DNA of 64,000 nucleotides, taken from positions 34,410,001-34,474,000 of the forward strand of contig NW_027266319.1 of NCBI RefSeq assembly GCF_022045235.1, given 5' to 3'. The position numbers were made by a program, and so were the translations under genes. Under the pieces are notes generated by a model. That model made no database searches. It was not told the DNA's origin and worked only from the letters and a program-made list of their open reading frames with translations. Of this stretch, positions 13,379 to 25,330 are shown in pieces (positions within the stretch are counted from its first letter, which is position 1; every line of letters starts with the position of its first letter). This stretch comes from Haliotis cracherodii. Lineage: Eukaryota.

Positions 13379-14777
13379 GGTAAATATCTTGTGCATATTA
13401 GGCTAAAAAAACGGTCTTGGTTCTCAGGCACCACCTGCATCAGCATAAAGTCACGTTTCGTTTTTATTGTCATTTTCAATAAAAACATAAAAATCCTAAT
13501 GCTTTTAAAACAATGCGATCCAATATAGCATGCAATTACTTCCCTTTACATGTGCAATGCTTTAGTGCACATTTCGTGATATGGCCATGGTGGCAATAGG
13601 AGTCTGTATGCTTGTTATGTAGGGAGGCCCTTTCCCAGGTTGATGCTACACAACTGTTTATTTGGTTACATTCTAGTTTGAACAAAAAACCAAAACCAAA
13701 AAAACACTGCCTGCCCGCACTGTATTTTCAAAAGTTATTGTCTGAGAACCAATTCTTTTATTAACTTGGTAATTGTCTGATGGAAAACAGTGGTCCGGTC
13801 ATTTCACGTGTGCCCTGTGGTTACTTACGCCCAGAGCTCCAGATAAGCTTTTGGTGTTGTGGGTATTTTACCCATGCATTTTAAAATCATTGGGTATCAG
13901 TAATTCTATCTGCGTATTCAAATTTCTGTTACCCACTAGTTTTTACACATGTGGGTATTTAAGTAAAATATTAAAAAACACTATTCATCTAGTCCCTGCA
14001 AACTGGTGTCGTGTGAGTTCGAGAGCTTTATAGGACTCAAAAATACCTCGATACTTCCACAAGAAAGTGTGATGGCAAATGATCATGATGTAACTGTCAT
14101 CGTGGAGTTTGGCAAGGTTGGCGGAATGCCCGTTTTTTTCAAAATAGGTTGCTGATTTGCTAATCGAATACGCAGGGTTACTTCACAATATTTTGATGAT
14201 ACACACAAGTTTTATTTTTGTAGCGAATCTGTAATGTTCGTTGCTTATTTGATACGCTTGGATTATATTTAACTGTGTATTTCTGCATTTCTGATGCGTA
14301 TTTTACGCAGTTACGCAGCTTATCTGGAGCTCTGATTACGCTGGTATATATCTTGTGCATACTAGGCTAAAAAAATAATAGTTTTGGTTCTCAGGCACCA
14401 CCTGCATCAGCATAAAGTCACAGTTCATTTTTATTTCCATTTTCAATAAAAATATAAAAATCCTAATGCTTTTAAAACAATGCGATCTAATATAGCATGC
14501 AATTACTTCCCTTTACATGCGCACTGCTTTAGTGCACATCTCGAGTTATGGTCATGGCGGCAATAGCAGTTTGTATGCTCATGTAGGGAGGCCCTTTCCC
14601 AGGTTGATGCTATACAACTGTTTATTTGGTTACATTGAACAAGCAAAAAAACAAAAACCACTGCCTGCCCGCACTGTATTTTCAAAAGTTATTGTCTGAG
14701 AACCAATTCTTTTATTAACTTGGTAATTGTCTGATGGAAAACAGTGGTCCGGTCATTTCGCAGGTGCCCTGTGGTTA
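13379..14777. repeat. Direct duplication of a ~440-bp MITE-containing block (13379-13824 and 14343-14777) separated by a second MITE
   Basis: Both copies run from atatcttgtgcata.taggctaaaaaaa…ggttctcaggcaccacctgc to ggtccggtcattt…gtgccctgtggttac. Confidence 0.9.
13832..14334. mobile_element. MITE (hAT-like) with 18-bp terminal inverted repeats (TIRs)
   Basis: cagagctccagataagct … agcttatctggagctctg; imperfect 8-bp flanks cttacgcc/attacgct. Confidence 0.8.
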
Positions 14778-15199
14778 CGCTGGGTTCGGGTAGATTCCTG
14801 GCAACCTGTGAAGGTAGTAAGAGGCGACTTAGTGTACCGTAGTCAGGCTCAGTCACCATGTTCACTGTGTGTCATCATATCCCGACAGCGTTGATCATTG
14901 CTCATAAGGGGGCACGGGTGGCGATTCGCTGTGCAGACTTGCATCCCTTGGGCACGCTGGAAACCTACAATTCTGGGTTCGATTACCAGTTCGCCCCGAT
15001 TATGATTCTAGGTTTGTCAGCACCATACACCATATTTGGTACTTGAAGTGGAAATGCTAGCATCTGAAACTGCATCATGTTTACACAAAGAGCTGGAAAA
15101 CACAACCATAGCAACAGGCTTGGTTGTGTCAGTGGTGCCACACTAGGGGAGAGAAGGGATACCAAGGGGAGTGGCAGGAAATGGTCATAATATGCTGGC

Positions 15200-15462
15200 T
15201 GAGTGAGTGAGTTTTAATATTATTTCAGTTATATCATGGCGTGTCAGCTTAATGTGGGAGGAAAGCCCAAAGTGATGCAGGTCTTAGATGTTTACCACTT
15301 CGGTGAAACCCACGAGCACGGGTATGGTGCTGACAAACCTAGAAACATAATCGGGGCGAACCGGAATTCGAACCCACAATCATAGGTTTCTGGCATGCAC
15401 AAGGGATGCAACTCTGCACAGCAAATCACGGCGCCTTAGATGACTGGGCCACCCGTGGCCCC
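15200..15462 (-). mobile_element. SINE family C, full length
   Basis: Reverse complement of the 11882 copy; 14-bp TSD tatgctggctgagt. Confidence 0.85.
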
Positions 15463-16422
15463 TATGCTGGCTGAGTTGCAGCGGCATGAAAATACAAATG
15501 AAGGTCGACACTGACAAGATTACAGAAATTCCAAGAAATCAGAGCTAGCAGAGTTGGTTAGTCCCTGAAATTAAGCATTGTTCTGGGCTCCATGTAAATG
15601 TTATGTCATTTATTTTTTTACATCTATACTTTTAGGGAAAATGACAATTATGGGACAAACTGTTAGTCTATTTCACAGACTGCAGCATGTGAAGCTCATT
15701 CCGTGATAACCGAACTCACTCACTCAAATCATCACACAGCCTTTTATTTACAGACAGTGGCCGGTGGGATACCCAATACTCGCATATACATATAGTTTTC
15801 TGTTGATAAATCCAGTCCTTTTTTATGACATTAGTATTAATACCAACTGGCTATCATATACTAGCTCTACTGGCCAGAACATTGTTATCGCCAACAACGC
15901 GCTTGTGGGAGTTTTAAAAAGGACACCATCTGTACGTGCAAGATGTCATTTCCGGAGAAGATCTTGAAAACCGTACAAAAATAGTTTCCACGACAAGGCT
16001 GGAAATGGCAGTAGTGCTCGCTTTCAGAGCAGATCTTGAAAAACATACAATATTTCTCCACCAGACTTGGCACATTGATAGGTCCATTGGTGAACTGGTG
16101 CCTTTTGATAGTTTTGATTTTCAACAAAAAAAATTTCCAAGTTTCCATGGCCACAACATGGATATAGCGGACATATTTATGACAAGTATTTACCATTGCC
16201 GGGGAGGGGGTATCAATTACTTTGTCCTCTCCTTTTTCTTAATTCTTAAGATATAACTAATTACAAATGCTATGTGACTTTCAAACTTTTTGTAAAACCA
16301 TATCATGTTCAGGCTCAAACATCAAACTTGAATGAGGTCGAAAAAGCTTCATAAATCACCATAATGATGGTCAACATGGATGAGCTTTATTTACAGTATT
16401 TACACATTTCGCATAATCAAGT

Positions 16423-18598
16423 CTATTTCTTTCCCCCTTTCTTCTTTTTCTTGTTGACCTGTTTCTTCTTGAGTCGTTTGATGGCGCGCTGATTCATCCA
16501 GGCAGGGTAGCTGCCATGCTCATCCTTCAATGTCGAGGGGTTGATCTTTTTCTGTGCCTTGTCTACATCCATTTCACCATCACCATCTGCAACTATAGGA
16601 ATACAAGAAATAAATCACCTACAACTGGTGGAAAATGGGTCCGTATTTATCACATACAAGAAGTAAACCACCTACAACTGGGGGAATATGGGTCTGTATT
16701 TACCACATGCAAGAAATATACCACCTCCAACTGGGGGAATATGGGTCTGTATTTACCACATACAAGAAATAAACCACCTACAACTGGGGGAATATGGGTC
16801 TGTATTTACCACAGGCAAGAAATAAACCACCTCCGACTGGGGGAATATGGGTCTCAATTTACCATTTAAATTTACAATGTAAGAACATTAGGACACCAAG
16901 TATGACTGGAACAGTGACACCCCTACAGTAAATTTGTGTCTTGTTGTCTTAAACCCCTGCAAGTTGGAGAAAGGAACTGACACAAATACACTTGACATAC
17001 CATCTGTCTTTGGCTTTCTTTTCATGATGTCAGCTGCCTTTTTAACTGTGAAAGAAAAGTTTACAATATGAAAAATTTTCAATTATTGTAGATCTACTTA
17101 TCATGTTTCTTCTTTTTGATGTTTTGACATTTTCTGTGGTGTCATGATTGGCAGTGCAATGAAGGACAATGTGTATGTTGAGAGATACATCAGTCATCAC
17201 TTTCAGGTAGTAAAACGGTTGTTTACTGCTGACGTTAGCAATTGTCCAGTTATATCCCAGTGGTCTAATATTGATCGGGTCTTGGCTCGGCGCATAAAGC
17301 AATTTGCAAATCCAAGTTAGAGTTCTTAATCAGAACATGTAGACCCGTGAAGATCCGGGTTAGAATAGGTCTTCAGCAACCCATGCTTGCCGTAAATGAT
17401 GACTATGCTTGTCATAAAAGACGACTAACGGGATCGGGCGGTCAGGCTCGCTGACTTGGTTGATGCAGGTCATCTAACCCAATTGTGTGGATTGATGCGC
17501 ATGATATTAATCACTGGATTGTCTGGTTCAGACTCGATTATATACAGACCACCGTCATATAGCTTTAATATTGCTGAGTGCGGCGTTAAACAACAAACAA
17601 ACAATCAGAACATGTAAATAATAAGTAGGTTATAGAAAAGATACATCTAATCATCACAGAACAGAATGCCATAAATTAATGACTATCACAGCCAGCCAGT
17701 GGTCTATACTCCACATTTCCCTTTAATACCAGGATGCACTGGTGTTTATATCCCAGACTATGACACTTGGTGACAATGCTTGTGAGTTTTACCAAAGCGA
17801 TTAACCTCCACAAGCTGCATCAGTAATGATTTTCCTCTCCCATTAAACACAGTGTTAAAAATTAGGCATTATAATCAAGAGCTTAACCCTAATATAAACA
17901 GTTAACATGGTTAAAGAGTTAGGGGATTCCTAGATTCAAACATCATAGGAGACCACAAGAACCAAGGACTGCCCTTAATATCATCAAACACTAAGACAAA
18001 GTCAAAACAACAGTGTTCCCGCTGGCTTTTGAAACTACCAGTCCCCCCTAATTTTTGCCAGTCCCAACTTTCAACAAATAAAAAAACGTATGAAAAGTAT
18101 TTGGTTTTAATTCTTGCAACATGTTCAATGCAAAGATGTCATCTCTGAAGTAACTTAGTTAGATCTATACGTCATTCACACAAACTTAAGTCACAATTTT
18201 CTCTTCTTTTTTTATATATTTCGAGACAAGTCACTACAAATGGATATTCAACCTGTTGTTAAACAACAAAGATTTATGAAGTACTTTCTTTTGCTGGTCC
18301 ACAGGGACTGGCAGTCACCATGGTCACATGAATTACCGGTCCAAGCCTAATTTTACCGGTAAAAAACTGGTTATTACCGGTAAACGGGAACGCTGAACAA
18401 GTTCAACCATAATAACGCACTGGCTATTGACATGACATACAATTACCACTGACCTTCATACAGTTCTTTGAGATCCTCGTCTTGCTGCTTGGCAAGGTTG
18501 GAGATGCGCTTGAGACGATCCATCTCCTTCACTGCATGTTTCTCTCTCTTAATGTTGCGCATCTTGCGCTTCCATTTGCTGCGTAAACTCTTTGCCAT
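16423..18598 (-). CDS. LLPH: LLP homolog (LAPS18/ApLLP-like nucleolar protein), ~119 aa
   Basis: Exons 18598-18454, 17045-17001, 16592-16423 (an alternative in-frame acceptor lies 6 nt downstream). MAKSLRSKWKRKMRNIKREK… and DEHGSYPAWMNQRAIKRLKKK…KK* are LLP-family hallmarks. A probable non-coding first exon ends at the donor at 20468. Confidence 0.92.
16582..16865 (-). repeat. 53-bp minisatellite (~5 copies) abutting and resembling the LLPH last-exon acceptor
   Basis: On the minus strand the unit contains tattcccccag|ttgtag|gtggt; the true junction is tattcctatag|ttgcag|atggt. Confidence 0.8.
17342..17602 (+). mobile_element. Retroposon family A, full length, perfect 14-bp TSD
   Basis: aatcagaacatgta at 17328-17341 and 17603-17616; the element begins gacccgtgaagatccgggttagaatagg. 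Confidence 0.9.
18011..18395. mobile_element. MITE (hAT-like ends)
   Basis: cagtgttcccg … cgggaacgctg, with subterminal accagtcc/accggt repeats. Confidence 0.55.
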
Positions 18599-18729
18599 CT
18601 AAAAGCAATGGACAATGAAGGTACATGACGGCAGGATGTTGTGTATTCAGGCTTGTAAGAGGTAACCCAGTGGGTTACAGTGACAGCATTACTAGTAAGA
18701 AAACTGACAAATGAACTACCAAAATTGCA

Positions 18730-18993
18730 GACCCGTGAAGATCCGGGGTAGAATAGGTCTTCAGCAACCCATGCTTGCCGTAAAAGGCGACTATGCTTGT
18801 AGAAAAAGGTGACTCATGGGATCGGGTGGTCAGTCTCGCTGACTTGGTTAATGCAGGTCATCGTATCCAAATTGCGTGGATCGATGTTCATGATGTCAAT
18901 CACTGGATTGTCTGGCCCAGACTTGATTATTTACAGACCGCTGTCATATAGCTAAAATATTACTGATTGCGGCATTAAACAAAAAACAACAAC
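18730..18993 (+). mobile_element. Retroposon family A, full length
   Basis: Same 5' start gacccgtgaag; TSD-like aattgca on both sides. Confidence 0.85.
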
Positions 18994-21139
18994 ATAATTG
19001 CAACCATTTAGGCTGTAAAATACTGTGACTGTTTGTTTAGAAAGATTAAGTCAAAATCTTCTTTCATGCCACTATCAGCAGGATTACAGCAGCATCAACA
19101 GTCAAAATCAGAAATTTGGGTAGTACAGAGGACTGGTGTAAAACTCATTTCCATCATCCTCAGTGTGTTAAGCTCATTCTGCTTGAAAGAGATAAACTTG
19201 TTTACATTTTGTCAGTTTTATTCAGTTCAAATTTGGAGAAAAATCATTCACATAGCCCTTAAATAACACTAGTCAATGAGGACTACCATCATAGGATTTT
19301 ACTAGTCCTCAGCAAAATATAGTAGTCTGGCTAGTTGACTAGTGTGAATTTCAGAGGCTGATCAACTGATCAAGGAAGCTGTTGTTCTGACTGTTTGGGG
19401 ATAAACACAGATCAGATCATCATATGGCAAATGAAGTACAAAATCACACACAACTAATCAAGCTAATTGTTGGGTCCCCGACAAACATACATAGAGAACG
19501 TCAATGGAGGACAGTGTTCAAATCAAGTGCCTGCCCGTAGGCACGTGGCAGATCTGTGTTAGGCCCGTGGTTTCAAGTTTGTATAAGTCCTTGTGGTCTG
19601 CAGTAAATTTATGTGTCAATTTATTTGTCACAATAAGCTGCAGTTTTTAAAATAAATCGACACAATCTGACAAGCAGCAAAGCACTTGGGCTTGCTGAGT
19701 GTTGTATATACTTGATATCTGGATGTGAAGATGAGAATTAGTTATTATCCTATCATGCGTGTAAACACAATGTATGAATTTAATAAACATATGAGAAATT
19801 ACAACCAATATATTGTAATGGCATGTAATTATAATATATTACATATTACATATAACATCGAGTTCCTGTGCAAAACACATTTCGCAAATATGTGGCTTTT
19901 CAGAAGTTGTGATGCACATGTCTGAATTTATTTTAAACAGATGCCAAATGGATCACACACAAAATATTGCAAACCATAATTGTCAGTGGACAGAAGGATC
20001 TTTTTCCATATTTTTTTAAGTTTTGGATTTAAATCAACGTTATCCAATGACAGGAAACACGGAAATAACATATATCCACCTCGGGGTTACAATTATTTGA
20101 AACGTTAAGTAAGCTGCAGATCACGATAAAATTAACCAGATTGCAGTTATTTCATATCAAATATTTAGATTGTGTTTGTTTGATTAACACGACAGCCAGC
20201 ACTATTCCAGCTGCGATGACTGCCTATAAATAATCGAGTGAGGGTCAGAAAAACCAGTGCTTGACGTCATGAGCAACGGTTGACGATGTCGGGGTATATT
20301 GACACACCATTTTTTAAAAGTCAATGATCGAAAATAGAACCATCGCTGACAGATTATTTATGGAATTTAATAATACACTACGTAATGAATATCAGACGAC
20401 TTTTTTCCGTTAACAATTGAACTCAACTATTACTTAGGCTTTCGGACAGAAATAAAACATTACGTACCTTCTCAAAACCTAAAGGAAATCGTTTCAGTAA
20501 CTCCAAAAGCAACTAACTGCAAAACCCCACGTGGAGTGATTGCCGAACTGTGGTCTTCGAATTTACACAGTAAATGATGACATCACATCAACCTTTTAAG
20601 ACTGGGCTCTGGCTTTATTCGTTCTAGCAGTTGCGGCTGCGTAGAGAGATTTAAGGACCAGCTTAATGGACTAAACTCTTAACCGCGCTCTCGAAGAGCG
20701 ATTTCTGAAGCACGGGCTGTAACGAATCATTGGCCATGTTGTAGTATGAGTAGTGTTTATAGAGCTTAAGCCAAGGACTGGTGCTTAACACCCACTTCTC
20801 ACAGAAATATTTCGTTACTTGACATACATAATAAACGCATAGTTGAAAAGCATGTCCAGTCCTTTTCTTGAAAATGACGGACATGTAAAGCTTAATTATT
20901 AATGAAAAGTAACGTTTCCACGACTCTGCACAGACAAACGTTTGCGTCCAAGGTCCAGTCTGATAAAGCAGGCTTCGTTGTGAGTCTGAAAGAGTCTTTA
21001 GAGGCTATGGTATGTTCGGTCCACAAATTCCTGGTACATTTGATCATAGTCCTCAAACATCACTTTGTTGTCCTGCTAATGCCTTTCAAAGACCTGCTAA
21101 TTCTATTTTAATTCTAATGGGTTTTTTTTTTATTGATTA

Positions 21140-21650
21140 TCATATTTCCTCTATTAGACGCCGGACCTCTAATAGAGGCGGGGCGGTCGGGTAGCCTAGT
21201 GGTTAAAGCGTTCGCTCGTCACGCCGAAGACCCGGGTTCGATTCCCGACATGGGTACAATGTGTGAAGCCCATTTCTGGTGTCCCCCGCCGTGATATTGC
21301 TGGAATATTGCTAAAAGCGGCGTAAAACAATACTCAGTCAGTCAGTCAGTCTAATAGAGGCCGGACTCTAATAAAAGCCGGGTCAATTGTTCAGTGCAAA
21401 AAATAGAAGCCGGGCCTCTAAAAGACGCCGGGTCGATCAAGAATCGAGAATTGATTGAGATATATCTACGGATATCGACGAACACAAAATATGTCCATTT
21501 CGTGGCGATTCGGGACATTCGCGGTCATAGTGAAATGGGGGTATTGATAGAAGCCGGACCTCCAGTAGACGCGGACCTCTAATTGGCGCCGGGTCAAAGG
21601 CTTGTCCGAAATAAATAGAAGCCCGGGCGTCTAACAGAGGAAATACGGTA
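21140..21650. mobile_element. Tc1/pogo-type MITE interrupted by a SINE
   Basis: tatttcctctattagacgcc … ggcgtctaacagaggaaatacggta; internal gccgg.cctctaa repeats. Confidence 0.7.
21180..21349 (+). mobile_element. SINE family B, intact tRNA-like head
   Basis: A box tagcctagtgg, B box ggttcgattcc; TSD tctaatagaggc. Confidence 0.9.
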
Positions 21651-21798
21651 ACTCTAATTTAAGTGCTCAGAGTACAGAGCATGAAGTACTGCACAAGAAA
21701 AGAATCTCGAGTAACGTCCGTGTTCGGAATCGTCGCGACTTCGAGCAACCCCTGGCACTGTGCCAGCCTTGTGTGCGAGAAGACAGGTGCCCACTAAC

Positions 21799-22291
21799 AT
21801 GGCGCAACAGGTACTGTTTTCATATGCTGTAATTCTACTCGATATGCCCCATGTATCTCATATTTATGTACGCGACGTAACACTGTGTTCGATATTAGAT
21901 ATATATTCACTAACGCTGATCAAGTGTATTAGGTAAGGCATATAATATGTGAACCTCTTAAAGTTAAACCGAAAGTAGCTAGGAGTACAAACAACACCGT
22001 GTTGTGTTGTATTGTACAGCATTCCTTTCTGTAAAAATAACGGCCTTATACATTCCACTGTTTACAAAGTGTTTGTTACTATGCATAGTCGTTTAGTTTG
22101 GACTCTTCTATGCTGACGTGTCTAAGCAGGCATATATGTATCGACAGTAGTGGGTGGATCAAGTATCAGATATGTTTATTGCATAAATATGTTTATGAGT
22201 ATTTATAACATTACCAAATATAGTGATCGTACATCACAATTTTTGTTTGAGACATTCTTAACGACACGAAATCCTTCTTGTAACGCACACA

Positions 22292-22359
<68 letters not shown>

Positions 22360-24562
22360 TGTGACACGATCTGTTCAAAGCGGCGTTAAAATCCAACACT
22401 ACACGACTTGAATAATTTACTGACCGTAGAACAACTCTCTATTTGTTCCGTGAATATCAACGTATGTTTTTTACGCTCCCATTTTCTGGCAGCGCTTTTG
22501 TTTACTAACCTTATCGATCTTTAAGATATAATATTGAAACTGCTGAAGTTCAAAAAATTTTACTTTGTCCACAGGCTCCCAAATTTAGGAAGATGAGTTT
22601 GCGAAAATGGTTCAAGGATCAGCCGGATTACGGTAAGCTTTTGTGACTGTCTGGCGATGTAAATAATACTAATCGTGATAATTAAACATATTATTTTAGC
22701 AACATTTTCAGATGTCGTTCAAATGGATGTAACATCGATCAAATTTTCCTTATATAATTGAGAGTGTTGAGTTTTAACAGTGTTCCAGTTTTATCATGAC
22801 GTGTCAGATTAACGTGGGAGGAAAGCCCGAAATGACGCGGGTCTCATACGTTTTCCACTTTGGTGACAAACCTAGAAACATAATCGGGGCGAACCAGGAT
22901 TCGAACCCACAATCATATATTTCTGGCGTGACCAAGGGACGTAACACTGCACAGCGACTTGCGGCGCCTTAGACGACTGGACCACCCGTGCCCCATCCTT
23001 ATATGAGAACCCTGACATCGATTAATTTCACCTTGATTTTATATCTTATTACCTTCAGAGTAGATGAATTACAAACATATACAAACTGACTTGGGATTTA
23101 AATGTTATGGGTTGAACTAATAAGCTGCAGCTCATTTTGTCCTTACTAGAGGAAATACGGCAATTCTTTACTTTTATTGTTAAAGAAACTAACCGGTCTA
23201 ATAAAGCGGTATTACCGCTTCAATGTTGGGTACAGTACTGATATAAAGTAGCGGGTATAATATACTCTGCATGCCAAATATTACACTACTTCACAGGTAA
23301 CCATTCATACCGAGAAACGACGGGATATGACTGGAATGCTGTTAAAAGCGGCGTTAAACCCAACTCACTCACTCACTCATACCGAGCACCTGCTGCAGTA
23401 GGACCCACATACCAGGATATCAAGGTGAGCTTAGATAAGTCTTCATGGAGCCCAAAGGGTAGTAACTGAAATAAACTGAAGTTGACTTTGGCTCAAGAAA
23501 TAAATCATTTAATAGTATAATTAACATCGTCGTATTCAACAGATGTTACCTGTATTTCTGGATATTTTGTTTTGTTATACGCTCACGCACACGCACACGC
23601 ACATGCACACGCGCGCACACGTGGGATCGTTAAGGAAACGAATGAAGGATATATTGAGGCTTATGTCGAATTTATTACTGTAACAGGAGAAGTTACGGGG
23701 CCGAGTAAAGGACCACAAGAAGCGAGCTAAAGAATGGAAGGCAGGTCAGGATAACCTGGAGAAGGAGCGGATGAGACAGAGGGGGAAAGTACAAACAACC
23801 ATTACACCTAGGGTAGCGGAAAAACATCTCGAGAAAGACTCGCCCAGGGTACAAGGCAAAATCAGAGTATGTAAAACGTCTTTTTGGTCAGCACTAGCAT
23901 CATCATTATTATGCTATCATCATCACCATCATCATCATCATCATCATCATTGTCGTCATCACAATGTTTGGATCACAAGCTTTTTTATCATTAATATCAG
24001 CGTCAGAATATATGAACTACCGCCCCCATACAGTCAACATTGTTGCTGCATCACCGTCGTTATCATTATTATATTATCAAAGCCACATTATTACACACAC
24101 ACCACACACCACCCCCAATCCCGTTTTTTTAAACAAACGGGGCCATAAAGCGATCAGCATGCCCGCCCGTCCGTCAGCCGTCCGTTTTCCGCTGACTTGG
24201 TTGAAGCATGTCATCGTATCTCAATTGCGTGGATCGGTAATCATGATGTCGATCACTGGATTGTCTGGTCCAGACTCGATTATTTACAGACCCCCGTCAT
24301 ATAGCTGGAATACTGCTGAGTCTGGCGTTTAACAACAAACAAACAAACAAACTACAATTCAGTATGATGCACATTAACTGATCAGTTTAAGACTTCCATA
24401 TATGCATATTACGACTGTACCGTTTCATTGAAGGCACTCCTTCCCATCAGGAATCGATTGATCCGTCCTCCGCCTTACGACCACCCCAAAGCCAGAGTTG
24501 AGAGGATACCGGAAACTGAGACTCGGTGGACCTTGGTTCAATATTACTACATTCGACATTAG
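21799..24562 (+). CDS. Uncharacterised basic protein, 134 aa, 5 exons
   Basis: Exons 21799-21810, 22575-22632, 23399-23424, 23687-23866, 24434-24562 splice in phase with canonical GT-AG: MAQQAPKFRKMSLRKWFKDQPDYVGPTYQDIKEKLRGRVKDHKKRAKEWKAGQDNLEKERMRQ…RPPPYDHPKARVERIPETETRWTLVQYYYIRH*. No family recognised. Confidence 0.7.
22286..22356. repeat. (CA)n microsatellite
   Basis: Direct inspection; followed by a SINE-D-like tail (gcggcgttaaa). Confidence 0.95.
22762..22995 (-). mobile_element. SINE family C with an internal deletion
   Basis: gtgggaggaaagcccga…gacaaacctagaaacataatcgggg…ggcgccttagacgactgg. Confidence 0.8.
24185..24351 (+). mobile_element. Retroposon family A, 5'-truncated
   Basis: cgctgacttggttga…cactggattgtctggtccagactcgattatttacagac…(aaac)n. 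Confidence 0.85.
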
Positions 24563-25330
24563 ACAGTCACAACAAACATTACCTGTGCGTCTCAGGAGGG
24601 AATACTAGTTATACCAAGGAATTCCGCCCGTCCTTCTGGGGACATTTTTTGTGCGACCTATAGGTTGAAAACTGTTTCAGAGATTCTTTTCAAACTTGGT
24701 GAACACTTTTTATACCCATAGGAGAGGTGCAGTGCGAAGTTTGATTTTAAATATTTGGATTTTCTGAAAAAAAGGCAGCTTTTCTTTTATTATTTACTTA
24801 GAATGATTTTACCCAAACATTTTTGCGAACTATATATGTTTTCAAATTTAGGGAACAGTTTCCATGCAGTGCAAAGTTATATTTTTAATTTGAGTTTGAG
24901 TAATTTCTAAAGAAATATGAATGTTTTTCATGTGAACTAAGATTTATTTATACTTCATGAATTTTTTTCCAGTTGGAGGTACAGTTTCTATACCATAATG
25001 AGAGATGCAGTGTGAAGTTTGTTTTCAATATTTGGATTTTCTGAAGTAAATGCAGCTATTTTTCATTTTTTTACTGAGAATGTTTTTTACTTAAACATTT
25101 GTGCGCCCGATAACAAGAAAACTATTTAATGGATTCTTTTCAAATTTAAAACCCGCAACTCTGAAATATATATCTTTTGAATGGGTTTACATATAATCAT
25201 GTACCGTTATATCAGTTGACGAGTACCATGCACTAATCTAAATGGCGAAAGGTATGTTTATTGATTATATATATGATTATGATCATTACATACATGGCCA
25301 GTAGAAAAATGATTATTGATAAGACATATG

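Noticed and set aside
16516-16869. 117-aa plus-strand ORF with repeats
   Set aside because: It is antisense to LLPH and derives from the 53-bp minisatellite.
17342-17440. Fitting the family-A head to an HDV-like, hammerhead or twister consensus
   Set aside because: CUAA before a closing helix is HDV-like, but there is no room for P3/L3 and no P1.1 GG. There is also no CUGANGA/GAAA core or twister motif, so it is left as an unknown fold.
21180-21255. tRNA-like sequence with A and B boxes
   Set aside because: The acceptor stem does not close, and it continues into a SINE body and tail with a TSD. It is a SINE head, not a tRNA gene.
22150-22399. HT/VC-repeat ORFs
   Set aside because: Translation of the (CA)n microsatellite.
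23867-24148. Poly-His extension of the ORF at 23771
   Set aside because: It lies after the donor at 23866 and is an intronic (CAT)n microsatellite.
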